Of a DNA stretch of 38,581 nucleotides, positions 20,583-30,780 are shown piece by piece (the stretch's first letter is position 1; each line of letters starts with the position of its first letter). Made by a program: the position numbers and the translations under genes. The notes beneath the pieces are model-generated. The model searched no databases and was not told the DNA's origin. It saw only the letters and a list, made by a program, of their open reading frames with translations. This DNA is from an uncultured Clostridia bacterium (GTDB taxonomy: Bacteria; Bacillota; Clostridia; TANB77; CAG-508), in NCBI GenBank assembly GCA_963558405.1, contig CAUWGC010000017.1, forward strand, positions 1-38,581, in the 5' to 3' direction.

Positions 20583-20726
20583 ATAGGCTATTATTTACTT
20601 TTATTTCCAAAAAGCAAAAAATAAGCCGACTAAATCGACTTATATATTGTGAAATGATATTCACTTTTTTGTTTTCTTTAAAGTCACTTGTTGTAATACT
20701 TTCAAGTGGTTCGACGGAAATGCATT

Positions 20727-20801
<75 letters not shown>

Positions 20802-20806
20802 GTTAT

Positions 20807-20837
20807 AAAAAAAACACTTTAGAAAAACTAAAGTGCT
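20807..20837 (-). terminator. Intrinsic terminator between the canonical and the divergent tRNA-Gly genes
   Basis: GCACTTTAG-TTTTT-CTAAAGTGT followed by a T-run. Confidence 0.7.
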
Positions 20838-20844
20838 TGAAATT

Positions 20845-20918
<74 letters not shown>

Positions 20919-20944
20919 AGTTTATCTATATTGCTAAAAAATAT

Positions 20945-21018
<74 letters not shown>

Positions 21019-21043
21019 AACTCAAATCTCTAGCACGTTATTT

Positions 21044-21072
21044 ATTATAACTAGTAATTTGATTTTTGTCAA
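21044..21072 (-). promoter_or_regulatory. Consensus SigA promoter of the tRNA-Gly cluster
   Basis: TTGACA-17 nt-TATAAT. Confidence 0.85.
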
Positions 21073-21088
21073 TACATATTTATAATTT

Positions 21089-22075
21089 TTATTCAAAAAT
21101 TTCTCCAATATTTATTTCATTTCCTCTTAAAAATTCTCTAATAGGCATTTTCTTGCTATTTTCAGCCTGTAACTCTATTACTTCTATTATAGAATCTTTA
21201 GCTTTAATATATAATCCATTTTTATCTCCCGAAAACATAACAGTACCAGGTTGGATATCTTTTAATTTATATGAGTATTCTGCCAAATCTGTAAACAAAT
21301 CAAAAAGCTTTTCATAATTAATAACATTTACTTTCCAAAATTTAATCTTTTTATTTCTAAAAAAAGTATATGCTCCCATTATTGGGTTTAATCCTCTTAC
21401 TAAATTTTTTATTTCTTGACCTGTTTTATTATTCCAATCTATTTTTGCCATTTCTTTTGTTAACATTGGTGCTAATGTAAATTCATCACCTTGAGGAATT
21501 CTTTCAATTTCTCCTTTTTCCAATTTTTCAATTGTTTTTACCAATAATTCTGCTCCTATGTTTTTTAGCCTATCCCACAACTCTCCAGTTGTTTCATCTT
21601 CTCCAATTTTTACTTCTTCTTTTAAAATCATATCACCAGTATCCATTCCTACATCCATATACATTGTTGTTATACCTGTTACTTTTTCTCCATTTATAAC
21701 TGACCATTGTATTGGAGCAGCTCCTCTATATTTTGGTAATAACGAACCATGAACATTAATGCAACCTAATTTGGGAATTTCTAATACTTCTTTTGGAAGT
21801 ATTTTTCCATATGCTACAACACAAATTAAGTCTGGATTTATATTTTTTAATTCGTTTATAAATTCCTCATTCTTTCTAATTTTTTCTGGTTGATAAATGT
21901 TTAATCCTTTTTTTATTGCATATTCTTTTACTGGAGAAGGAGTAAGAATCATTTTTCTACCTTTTGGTTTGTCTGGATTTGTTACAACTCCTACTATATT
22001 TTGTCCTGATTCATATAATTTTTCTAAAGAAGCTTCTGCAAAATCTGGAGTTCCCATAAATACTATTCTTAACAT
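21089..22075 (-). CDS. fmt: Methionyl-tRNA formyltransferase
   Basis: FMGTPDFA, INVHGSLLPKYRGAAPIQ. Confidence 0.97.
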   Translation of the reverse strand: MLRIVFMGTPDFAEASLEKLYESGQNIVGVVTNPDKPKGRKMILTPSPVKEYAIKKGLNIYQPEKIRKNEEFINELKNINPDLICVVAYGKILPKEVLEIPKLGCINVHGSLLPKYRGAAPIQWSVINGEKVTGITTMYMDVGMDTGDMILKEEVKIGEDETTGELWDRLKNIGAELLVKTIEKLEKGEIERIPQGDEFTLAPMLTKEMAKIDWNNKTGQEIKNLVRGLNPIMGAYTFFRNKKIKFWKVNVINYEKLFDLFTDLAEYSYKLKDIQPGTVMFSGDKNGLYIKAKDSIIEVIELQAENSKKMPIREFLRGNEINIGEIFE

Positions 22076-22093
22076 TTTTCTCCTCCTTTTTGT

Positions 22094-22570
22094 TTAGTCA
22101 TTTTGTTCCACTATTTCCATTGTTCCTGGAAGCATAAGATCTACAAATAAAATTCCATTTAAATGATCTATTTCATGCATTAATGCTTGAGCAAGTAAAT
22201 CTTTTCCTTCTACCCTAATTTTATCACCATTTTCATTCATCGCTTCTACAATTACTTCTTTAGGTCTTACTACTTTTGCATATTGATTTGGAAAACTTAA
22301 ACATCCCTCTTCTACTGTTTGTTCACCTTTAGTTTTAATTATTTTTGGATTAATTAGAATTAAAACATCATTTCCATCATATGTATCTATAACTATTACT
22401 CTTTTTAAAATTCCTACCTGTGGTGCTGCTAACCCAACACCATTATATTTATGCAAAGTTTCTATCATATCTTCTATAAGTATTTGAATTTTTTCATCAA
22501 CTTTTTCCACTTCTTTTGCAGTTTTTCTTAAAATAGGATCTCCATTTTCTATTATTTTTCTAATTGCCAC
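22094..22570 (-). CDS. def: Peptide deformylase
   Basis: GVGLAAPQVG, EGCLS, HEIDH. Confidence 0.97.
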   Translation of the reverse strand: MAIRKIIENGDPILRKTAKEVEKVDEKIQILIEDMIETLHKYNGVGLAAPQVGILKRVIVIDTYDGNDVLILINPKIIKTKGEQTVEEGCLSFPNQYAKVVRPKEVIVEAMNENGDKIRVEGKDLLAQALMHEIDHLNGILFVDLMLPGTMEIVEQND

Positions 22571-22588
22571 TTTTTTCCCCTCTCTTTC

Positions 22589-24826
22589 TTACATCATATT
22601 ATTTGGATTTCTGTAAATTGCAATTTGAGCTTTAGAACTTTTATTTTTTTCCAAACATTCCGTTAATATATCAATGATAGTATCTCCAAAATTACATTTT
22701 ATAATCATTCTATAACGATATTTATTTTTTATTCTATCTATTGGAGCTGGCATTGATTGATATATATTTGTATTTTCTACATTTTTTAACTTTTGAAATA
22801 AATCTTTTTCTATATTTTTTATTGTTTGTTCTGCTACCTCTTTTTTTTCAGCACTTACTACCAGTATTATTATATCGCAAAAAGGTGGATATTTCAAGTT
22901 TTGTCTTATGCTTTGCTCTATTTCATAAAATGGCATATATTCTTGTTTTTTAGCATACAAAATACTATAACTATCTGTATTATATGTTTGTATAATTACT
23001 TTTCCAGGAACATTTCCTTCTCTTCCAGCCCTTCCAGCAACTTGAACTAATAAATCATAAGTCCTTTCATTGGCTCTATAATCTTCCATATGTAAACTAC
23101 TATCAGCTGCCATTACGCCTACTAATGTTACATTTGGAAAATGATGTCCTTTTACTACCATTTGTGTTCCTATTAAAATATCTATATTTTCTTTCTGAAA
23201 AGTATCTAGTATTTTCTCATGTGAATTTTTTTTAGTAACTGTATCAACATCCATTCTTATTGTTGTAGCTTCTGGAAATAATTTATGGACCTCTTCTTCT
23301 AATTTTTGTGTTCCTGTACCAAAATATCTAACATTTTTACTTCCACATTCTGGACATATTTTTATAATATCTGTTTCATACCCACAATAATGACATTTTA
23401 ACCTGTTAGCTTTAGCATGATATGTTAAACTTATATTGCAATTTTTACACTTTGCAACATACCCACAATCTCTACACATTATAAAAGTAGAAAAACCTCT
23501 TCTATTTAAAAATAAAATTGTTTGCTTTTTTTGTTTTAAATTTTTTTCTATTTCGTCCTTTAGTTTAGTACTAAACATAGAACGATTTCCTTTGGCTAAC
23601 TCTTCTCTTAAATCTACAATTTCTACATCAGGTAAAGGAGCATTGTTAGCTCTTTTTGTTAAAACTATAAGCTCTTTTTCTTTATTTTGTGTTTGATAAA
23701 AACTATTAATACTAGGAGTAGCACTACCTAATACCAAAGGTATGTTATTTTCTTTTGCTATATATTCTGCAATTTCTTTTGTATCATATCTTGGTGTCAT
23801 TTCAGATTGATATGAAGAATCATGTTCTTCATCTATTATAATTAATCCTAAATTTGAAACAGGTGCAAAAATAGCAGACCTAGCTCCTATTACTATACTT
23901 GCTTCTCCTTTTTTTATTCTTTTCCATTCGTCATATCTTTCACCTATTGACAACTTGCTATGAAGAATTGCAATTTTTTCTTTACCAAACCTTGCAATAA
24001 AACGGTTAATCATCTGAGGAGTTAGTGAAATTTCTGGTACTAATAAAATTGAAGTTTCACCTTTTTTTAATACTTTTTGAATTAATTGTAAATAAACTTC
24101 TGTTTTTCCAGAACCTGTAACTCCCATTAATAAAAATGATGCATATATTTTTTCATCTATTGTTTCTTCTATTCTTTTATATGCCTCATTTTGTTCATCT
24201 GTTAACACTAAATTTTCTGTTTTAGCAACTTCTTTTTCTAAAATAGGATTTCTATCTATTACTTTTTCTATAATTTCTACAAATCCATTTTTTTCTAATG
24301 TTTTTATAATAGCTCTACTTGCGTCTGCGTATATTTCTAAGTCAGATGTTGTAACACCTTCATTTTCCAATAAAAAATTTAATATACGTATTTGCTTTTC
24401 TGACTTTATTTGCTTATTTTCTATTGCTTCTTCTATTTCTTCTGATGATTTATTTAAAAATACACATTGTATATTTTTTTCTTTAATACGATTTTCTATT
24501 TTTTTAGTTATTTTTCCTGGAGGTAAAAAAAGCTTTATTGCATCTGATATATTACAAAAATATCTCCTTGCTATCCATTTAGCTAAAGTTATTCTTTTTT
24601 CATCTATATAATGTTCATCTTCTACTTGAACTATTTCTTTTACTTTAAAAAGCGAATCCTTCTTTATTCCAATAATAAATCCCTCTTCTAAAGTTTTTGA
24701 ATTACCAAATGGAACTAAAACACGACTACCAATTTTAATTTTTTCTAATAGTTCTTGTGGAATTTTATAATCAAATGTTTTATTTAAGTTACGTACATTA
24801 CTATTTATAATAATTTCAGCTATCAT
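22589..24826 (-). CDS. priA: Primosomal protein N'
   Basis: GVTGSGKTEVY, DEEH, Cys zinc motifs, QVAGRAGR; likely start ATG 24826. Confidence 0.96.
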   Translation of the reverse strand: MIAEIIINSNVRNLNKTFDYKIPQELLEKIKIGSRVLVPFGNSKTLEEGFIIGIKKDSLFKVKEIVQVEDEHYIDEKRITLAKWIARRYFCNISDAIKLFLPPGKITKKIENRIKEKNIQCVFLNKSSEEIEEAIENKQIKSEKQIRILNFLLENEGVTTSDLEIYADASRAIIKTLEKNGFVEIIEKVIDRNPILEKEVAKTENLVLTDEQNEAYKRIEETIDEKIYASFLLMGVTGSGKTEVYLQLIQKVLKKGETSILLVPEISLTPQMINRFIARFGKEKIAILHSKLSIGERYDEWKRIKKGEASIVIGARSAIFAPVSNLGLIIIDEEHDSSYQSEMTPRYDTKEIAEYIAKENNIPLVLGSATPSINSFYQTQNKEKELIVLTKRANNAPLPDVEIVDLREELAKGNRSMFSTKLKDEIEKNLKQKKQTILFLNRRGFSTFIMCRDCGYVAKCKNCNISLTYHAKANRLKCHYCGYETDIIKICPECGSKNVRYFGTGTQKLEEEVHKLFPEATTIRMDVDTVTKKNSHEKILDTFQKENIDILIGTQMVVKGHHFPNVTLVGVMAADSSLHMEDYRANERTYDLLVQVAGRAGREGNVPGKVIIQTYNTDSYSILYAKKQEYMPFYEIEQSIRQNLKYPPFCDIIILVVSAEKKEVAEQTIKNIEKDLFQKLKNVENTNIYQSMPAPIDRIKNKYRYRMIIKCNFGDTIIDILTECLEKNKSSKAQIAIYRNPNNMM

Positions 24827-24887
24827 ATTTACTCCCTTTATATCCAAAAAAGCTTACAAACAAATTCAGTTTGTAAGCTTTTATATA

Positions 24888-24963
24888 TGGTGCCCGGACG
24901 TGGAATCGAACCACGGACACAGGGATTTTCAGTCCCTTGCTCTACCAACTGAGCTATCGGGGC
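24888..24963 (-). tRNA. tRNA-Phe(GAA)
   Basis: Anticodon arm AGGGA-CTGAAAA-TCCCT, CCA end. Confidence 0.95.
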
Positions 24964-24975
24964 AAATAAAAAAAA

Positions 24976-25052
24976 TGGCGACCTGGAACGGGCTCGAACC
25001 GTCGACCTCTAGCGTGACAGGCTAGCGTTCTAACCAACTGAACTACCAGGCC
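24976..25052 (-). tRNA. tRNA-Asp(GTC)
   Basis: Anticodon arm CTAGC-CTGTCAC-GCTAG, CCA end. Confidence 0.95.
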
Positions 25053-25072
25053 AAATGAAATTTTTATAAAAA

Positions 25073-25148
25073 TGGTGGGCGCAATAGGGCTCGAACCTAT
25101 GACCTCCTGCTTGTAAGGCAGATGCTCTCCCAGCTGAGCTATGCGCCC
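25073..25148 (-). tRNA. tRNA-Val(TAC)
   Basis: Anticodon arm TCTGC-CTTACAA-GCAGG, CCA end; promoter TTGACA-17-TATACT at 25168-25196. Confidence 0.95.
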
Positions 25149-25357
25149 GTTTCCTTCAACGATTATTAGTATACTAAATTTTATTTAATCTGTCAATACA
25201 TATTTTAAAAAATTTTTACTTTTTTATCTTAATTTTAAAAATCACAATAAATGTTGTTGACATAATTTAATTAATATTCCTATATTTATTGTATTATGTC
25301 ACAATTTATGATATACTAGTCTAGTATATTTTATTAATTTTTAAAGGAGAAATTTTT

Positions 25358-25669
25358 ATGGAATTTTCACAAAACAATAATCTTGCAAATAATAAATTTC
25401 ATTATGAAGCATCTTTTTTCAATGCTTTTATCAAACGGATTTCAGAAACTCTAAATCTATATTATCTTGACAAAAAAAGCTTTGATAAAGATATACATAT
25501 GTTTATTTCTGATTTGCAAAATATGAGCTTTGACTACTTGTCTGATTTAAAACAAATCTTATTAAATTTTTTAAAGAATTTGTTTGTTGAAGACATACCA
25601 TATAAGATTATTATTTTTGAATTCAAAAAAATAATAAAAATTTCAATTGAAAAATTTAATATTATTTAA
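25358..25669 (+). CDS. Hypothetical protein
   Basis: AAGGAG RBS, 103 aa, followed by a bidirectional hairpin at about 25670-25706. Confidence 0.55.
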   Translation: MEFSQNNNLANNKFHYEASFFNAFIKRISETLNLYYLDKKSFDKDIHMFISDLQNMSFDYLSDLKQILLNFLKNLFVEDIPYKIIIFEFKKIIKISIEKFNII

Positions 25670-25705
25670 AACTCAAAGAAGACTGAAATTCAGTCTTCTT
25701 TGAGT

Positions 25706-26923
25706 TTATTTTAATTCTTCAATTGCTTTTTGTAATTGTGTATCCTTTTCTCTTTCTACTGATAACTTATCTTGTTCTTCTTCTGGTAATTCAACCTCTA
25801 TATCTGGAGCAATTCCTTCTTTGTTTATTTTGTTTCTTTTGGGTGTATAATATTCATTAACAGTCATCTTTATACCGCTTCCATCAGTAAATTGTTTTAG
25901 TACTTGTATAACACCTTTTCCATATGTATTTTCACCTATAATCTTTGCTCTCTGGTAATCTTTTAGTGCTCCTGCCAAAATTTCTGAAGCACTAGCAGTA
26001 TATTCATTTACTAATACAACAACTTTAACATCATCTTTTACTATTGGGTCATGTTCTGATTTTGTTATCTCTTCTTTTCCATTTTTATCTACTGTAATTA
26101 ATATATCTTCTCCTTTAGGTAATAAATAATCTGCTATATCTGTTGCTTCTCCTACAATTCCACCACCATTATTTCTAAGGTCAATAATTAATGATTTCAT
26201 TCCTTTTTGATTTAATTCTTCTATTTTACTTTTAAACTCGTCAGCGCATCCTTCATCAAAAGTAGAAATTTTTACATAACCTATATTATTTTCTAACATT
26301 TCAGATTTTATATGGTTTACTTTAACTTCTTCTCTTTTAACTTCAATTTCTAATGTTTTATTATCTCTTAAAATTTCTAGTTTTACTGTAGTTCCACTTT
26401 CTCCTGCTTTAATTTTGTTAGAAGCTTCATTTATTTGTTCCCCTGTATAAGCTGTTCCATCTACTTTTGTAATAATATCTCCTGGTAATAATCCAGCAGC
26501 TTCTGCTGGTCCTCCCTCAATTGGAGCTAAAACCATTATTGCATTTTTTTTAGTATCATTTATCATATATATTCCAATTCCACAATAATGACCTAATGCT
26601 CCTTCAGTATATTCTTCCATTTCTTCCTTTGGAAAATATTCTGTATAAGGATCTCCTAATCCTTCTACATAACCTTTTATTGCCCCTTCAATTAATTTTT
26701 CTTCATCAATATCTCCTAAATAATATTTGTCAATCATACTACGAATTATATTTATTGAACTAGTTAATTCTGAATTTGAACCTCCAAATGTAGCATACTT
26801 AACACCCGAACTATTTTGTAAAAAGTTATACATAAAAACTGCTGTTACCATACAAGTAACAAACATTGTAATAACTACTAACATTATGGTTTTGTAAATT
26901 CTTTGTTTTTTTTCTGAATCCAT
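25706..26923 (-). CDS. S41 carboxyl-terminal processing protease (CtpA/CtpB-like)
   Basis: PDZ domain GIGI, DLRNNGGG, TASASEI, TYGKG. Confidence 0.93.
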   Translation of the reverse strand: MDSEKKQRIYKTIMLVVITMFVTCMVTAVFMYNFLQNSSGVKYATFGGSNSELTSSINIIRSMIDKYYLGDIDEEKLIEGAIKGYVEGLGDPYTEYFPKEEMEEYTEGALGHYCGIGIYMINDTKKNAIMVLAPIEGGPAEAAGLLPGDIITKVDGTAYTGEQINEASNKIKAGESGTTVKLEILRDNKTLEIEVKREEVKVNHIKSEMLENNIGYVKISTFDEGCADEFKSKIEELNQKGMKSLIIDLRNNGGGIVGEATDIADYLLPKGEDILITVDKNGKEEITKSEHDPIVKDDVKVVVLVNEYTASASEILAGALKDYQRAKIIGENTYGKGVIQVLKQFTDGSGIKMTVNEYYTPKRNKINKEGIAPDIEVELPEEEQDKLSVEREKDTQLQKAIEELK

Positions 26924-27055
26924 TAATTTCCTCCTAATATATAAGTATATTTTTTATCTTACTTATTATACTACAAATTTAAATTATTTCCATACTTTTT
27001 TAAAATTTATTCTATCAAAAAAAGAATCAATTAATGATTCTTTTTTATATAATAT

Positions 27056-27916
27056 TTATTTTAAATATATATTAGGATCTACACTTTCTCCATCTTTTAA
27101 TATTTCAAAATGTAGATGACTTTCTTCTGAGATTTCAAATGTTGCAGTATTTCCAACAGTACCTATTGTCTGTCCTTTTTCTACTTTTTCTCCTTCTTTT
27201 ACAAACTCTGCAGTTAGTAGATTAGAATATACTGAACTATATCCATTGTCATGTTCTAGTATAACTGTTAATCCATATCTAGGATCATTTTTTATTGCTT
27301 TTACTTTGCCTGCCTCTGCTGATTTTACTACAGTAGTTTTTTCTGCTTTTATATCAATTCCTAAATGTACAACCCATTCTTGTAATGTGTCAGAGTAAAC
27401 TAAACTATCTTTAGCATAATTTTTAGATATTTCACCTTCTACTGGCATAGAGAACTCTAATTCTTTTTTCTCTTGTGTCTTATTTTCTTCTGATTTTTCT
27501 ACATCCTTTTGTGTACTTTTATTTTCTTTTTCACTAACACTTTCTTTTGTTTCTTCCTTTACAGAATTATTTGTTACATTTTCTTGAACATTATTTTGTT
27601 TGTTAGTATTTGTTTCTACAACGTTATTTTCTTTTACTTCATTTTGTGATTCTTCTACTGTTTTACCAAATTTGCTATTTACTTCTGAAATATCTTCTGA
27701 AATTTTATCATCTTCTTCGTTTGGTACTAAACCTACAATTTTTTCACTGTTTAATTTACTCATTTTAGCTTCTTCATTTAACTTATTACTGTACAAAACA
27801 AAAGTAATAACAAAAGCAATTATTGCAACACCTAAAATACTTCCAGCTAAATATAAAATATTTTTAAAATTGTTACCATCTTGTAAATTTCTCATATTTC
27901 TATTTTCTCGTCTCAT
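27056..27916 (-). CDS. M23 peptidase, SpoIIQ-like
   Basis: N-terminal TM, HLGID, HLHFE; downstream of spoIID; likely start 27916. Confidence 0.8.
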   Translation of the reverse strand: MRRENRNMRNLQDGNNFKNILYLAGSILGVAIIAFVITFVLYSNKLNEEAKMSKLNSEKIVGLVPNEEDDKISEDISEVNSKFGKTVEESQNEVKENNVVETNTNKQNNVQENVTNNSVKEETKESVSEKENKSTQKDVEKSEENKTQEKKELEFSMPVEGEISKNYAKDSLVYSDTLQEWVVHLGIDIKAEKTTVVKSAEAGKVKAIKNDPRYGLTVILEHDNGYSSVYSNLLTAEFVKEGEKVEKGQTIGTVGNTATFEISEESHLHFEILKDGESVDPNIYLK

Positions 27917-27978
27917 AAAGACCTCCTTCATTTTTTTCTTTAGTTTAATTATTTCCCATTTTTGTTAATTTATACAAA

Positions 27979-28986
27979 TTACCAATTAATAATTTCTACA
28001 TTTTGATAAAAATGATGGATAATCTCTTCACAATTTTTGCCTTCTTTTGCCAAAGCATCGGCTCCAGTTTGACTCATCCCAACTCCATGACCATATCCTT
28101 TTACTTTGAAAGTAACATTTTCTCCATTTATAGTTACTTCAAAATTAGCAGAACGTAATCCAAAAATTGTTCTTGCCTCTACACCGGATAGTTCTACATT
28201 TCCTATTCTTATTGTTTTTACTCTGTTTCCATCTGTATAATCTAAAATTTTAATACAACCTTCTTCATCCCAATTAATCTGAAAATCAGAATGTTTTTCT
28301 TTTACTTTTTGTTCCACTTCTTTTCTATCTAGTGTTACCTCTGATGAATATTGTGAATAATTTTCTTCCCCAGATGTTTGTACAGCCTGTAAATATGGAT
28401 ATCCTGTTCCTCCCCATACATTTACTGGTGGTTCTGTAGTTCCTCCACTATTTGAATGAAAAAAGGCATTTATAGGTTTTCCTTCATACACAATTACTTT
28501 TCCTTTTGTACTATTTACTGCATCTACAATTTTATTCCAATTTTCATTTTGTTTAGCCTCTTCCCATTTTGCTAATCTATCCTCCTTTGATATCCATGCC
28601 TGACAGCAGGCAGAATTATCACATATATCTGCTCCTTCATGTTTTCCAGATGAATTTGCTATTTTATATATAGTATATGTTCTTGCAACTATTGCTTGCG
28701 CTTTTAATGCTTCTAGTTCAAAATCCACTGGCATTTCTGCAGATACTACACCGTATAAATAATTATCCATTGGAATAGTTTCTACTGTATTTTGTTTTGC
28801 ATGATATAGTTTTATTTCTGAATAAGAAGAATATTTATATGGTTCTTCTTTTTTTTCTTCAGTATTTTCATTATTCATTTTGGTTTCTCCTACTACTTCC
28901 TTTTCTTTAAATGGTATTGTAAAAAAAATAGGAATAGCAAAAGAAAAAAGTACTAGAACAAGAATCAAAAGTAATAATTTTTTCAT
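27979..28986 (-). CDS. spoIID: Stage II sporulation protein D
   Basis: EALKAQAIVARTY, GYGHGVGMSQTGA. Confidence 0.93.
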   Translation of the reverse strand: MKKLLLLILVLVLFSFAIPIFFTIPFKEKEVVGETKMNNENTEEKKEEPYKYSSYSEIKLYHAKQNTVETIPMDNYLYGVVSAEMPVDFELEALKAQAIVARTYTIYKIANSSGKHEGADICDNSACCQAWISKEDRLAKWEEAKQNENWNKIVDAVNSTKGKVIVYEGKPINAFFHSNSGGTTEPPVNVWGGTGYPYLQAVQTSGEENYSQYSSEVTLDRKEVEQKVKEKHSDFQINWDEEGCIKILDYTDGNRVKTIRIGNVELSGVEARTIFGLRSANFEVTINGENVTFKVKGYGHGVGMSQTGADALAKEGKNCEEIIHHFYQNVEIINW

Positions 28987-28995
28987 AAATTCCTC

Positions 28996-29719
28996 CTAAC
29001 TTTTCATTTTTATTCTTACTTTATCTAATACTTTTCTTTCTAGTCTAGATACTTGTACTTGTGTTAAACCTAATATTTTTGCTACTTGAGATTGTGTTTT
29101 TTCACGATAATATCTAAGCATAATAATTTCTTGTTCTTCTTTTTCTAATCCTCTTATAGCTTCTTTTAGTGATAGTTGATTAATTATTTGAGTTGCTTCA
29201 TCATTTTTTGAAGATAATCTATCTAATATACTAATACTTCCTTCGCCATCAGAATAACTATCTTCATAAATAGATTCTACTGGTTTTAAAGAATCTAATG
29301 CTAATGCAATTTCTTCTTTTGGTACTTTTAATATTTTAGAAATCTCTAATATTCCAATTTCTTCACCTGTTTTTCTCATGTGTTCTTTTTGTATTTCTAA
29401 TATTTTTATTCCTAACTCTTTTGTACTTCTACTTACTTTTACAATTCCATCATCACGTATGTATCTTTTTATTTCTCCTAATATATATGGTACTGCATAT
29501 GTTGAAAGTTTTACTTCAAAATTTGTATCAAATCTTTTTATTGCTTTTATAAATCCCATTGCTCCAATTTGATATAGATCCTCTAATTCATAACCGTCTC
29601 CCAGAAAATCTTTTGACAATACTCCATATTAAACCAATATTTTCTTCTAAGAGCTTTGTCATTATCTCTTCATTTCCTTGTTTTGCCTGTTCTATCTCGG
29701 CTATTTTTTCTTCACACAT
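28996..29719 (-). CDS. sigF: Sporulation sigma factor F, split by a +1 frameshift at CGGT (29593-29596); 240 aa when rejoined
   Basis: ATG 29719 gives ...ENIGLIWSIVKRFSGR then CGG TTA TGA. Skipping the C gives GYELEDLYQIG, restoring the region-2 motif. Follows spoIIAA-AB. Confidence 0.92.
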
Positions 29720-29750
29720 ATGTATTTTCCCTTTCACAGTATCTTTTTAT

Positions 29751-30221
29751 TTAATTTTTAAAAATACATTCCTCCTTTTTATTTGCTTCGTCTTTTTTTA
29801 TTTCTTTTTTCATTGTAACTTTTGTTCCAAGTCCTACAACTGATTCAATTTTCATTTCATCCATAAAACTTTCTATAATAGTAAATCCCATACCAGAACG
29901 TTCTAAATTAGGTTTAGAAGTATATAATGGTTGTTTTGCAAGTTCTATATCTTCAATTCCTTTTCCTGTGTCAGATACTTCTATAAGTACTGTTTCTCCT
30001 AGAATTTTACATGTTACTTTAACCATTCCATCTTTATCTTCATAACCGTGAATTATGGAATTGGTAACAGCCTCTGATACAGCTGTTTTTATATCTGCTA
30101 ATTCTTCTATTGTTGGATCTAATTGTGATACAAACGCAGCTACTGCAATACGTGCAAATGCTTCATTATTTGATTTACTTAAAAATTCTAATTTCATTTC
30201 ATTTTTATACATATTTCTCAT
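29751..30221 (-). CDS. spoIIAB: Anti-sigma F factor
   Basis: [32 protein letters not shown]; likely start 30221. Confidence 0.96.
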   Translation of the reverse strand: MRNMYKNEMKLEFLSKSNNEAFARIAVAAFVSQLDPTIEELADIKTAVSEAVTNSIIHGYEDKDGMVKVTCKILGETVLIEVSDTGKGIEDIELAKQPLYTSKPNLERSGMGFTIIESFMDEMKIESVVGLGTKVTMKKEIKKDEANKKEECIFKN

Positions 30222-30235
30222 ATTCTCCCCCTTTT

Positions 30236-30556
30236 TTATCCAATCTTTTCTTCTAAAATAGGAATTAATCTTAGTATTCCACACATTTCAAATATTTTTT
30301 TTACACTTTTTCGTACATTAGTCATACTAACACTTGCTCCAAACATTTTGGCTAATTTATATCTTCCAATAACCATTCCTATTCCTGCACTATCCATGAA
30401 AGAGACACTACCAAAATCAAATATAACTTTTCTAGGCATACATCTTTCAATTTCATCATCCATCTTCCTCCTTAATTCTTCTGTAGTATGGTGGTCAATT
30501 TCTTCTGTTATTTCTAATACTAATAACTTGTCCTCTTCTATAAATTTAATTTTCAA
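30236..30556 (-). CDS. spoIIAA: Anti-sigma F factor antagonist
   Basis: [20 protein letters not shown]. Confidence 0.95.
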   Translation of the reverse strand: MKIKFIEEDKLLVLEITEEIDHHTTEELRRKMDDEIERCMPRKVIFDFGSVSFMDSAGIGMVIGRYKLAKMFGASVSMTNVRKSVKKIFEMCGILRLIPILEEKIG

Positions 30557-30639
30557 AATACTTTCTTCCCCCTTTTATTTTTCTTGATACATTATACTAT
30601 AATTGGAAATTTTTTCCTATAGCAAAACATAGGAAGTTT

Positions 30640-30665
30640 TGCCGAAATATGAGAACTTTTCGACA
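30640..30665. promoter_or_regulatory. Putative Spo0A boxes upstream of the spoIIA operon
   Basis: TGCCGAA (30640-30646, +) and TGTCGAA (30659-30665, -) match TGNCGAA. Confidence 0.5.
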
Positions 30666-30780
30666 GCATTTGACTTTTAAATTTTATAAATATTAGATGT
30701 TGTATACTCAAAATCTTTAATTTTTCCTATACAACAAAAGACCTCTAGAACTTATTTTTCTAAAGGTCTTTTATTATCTT

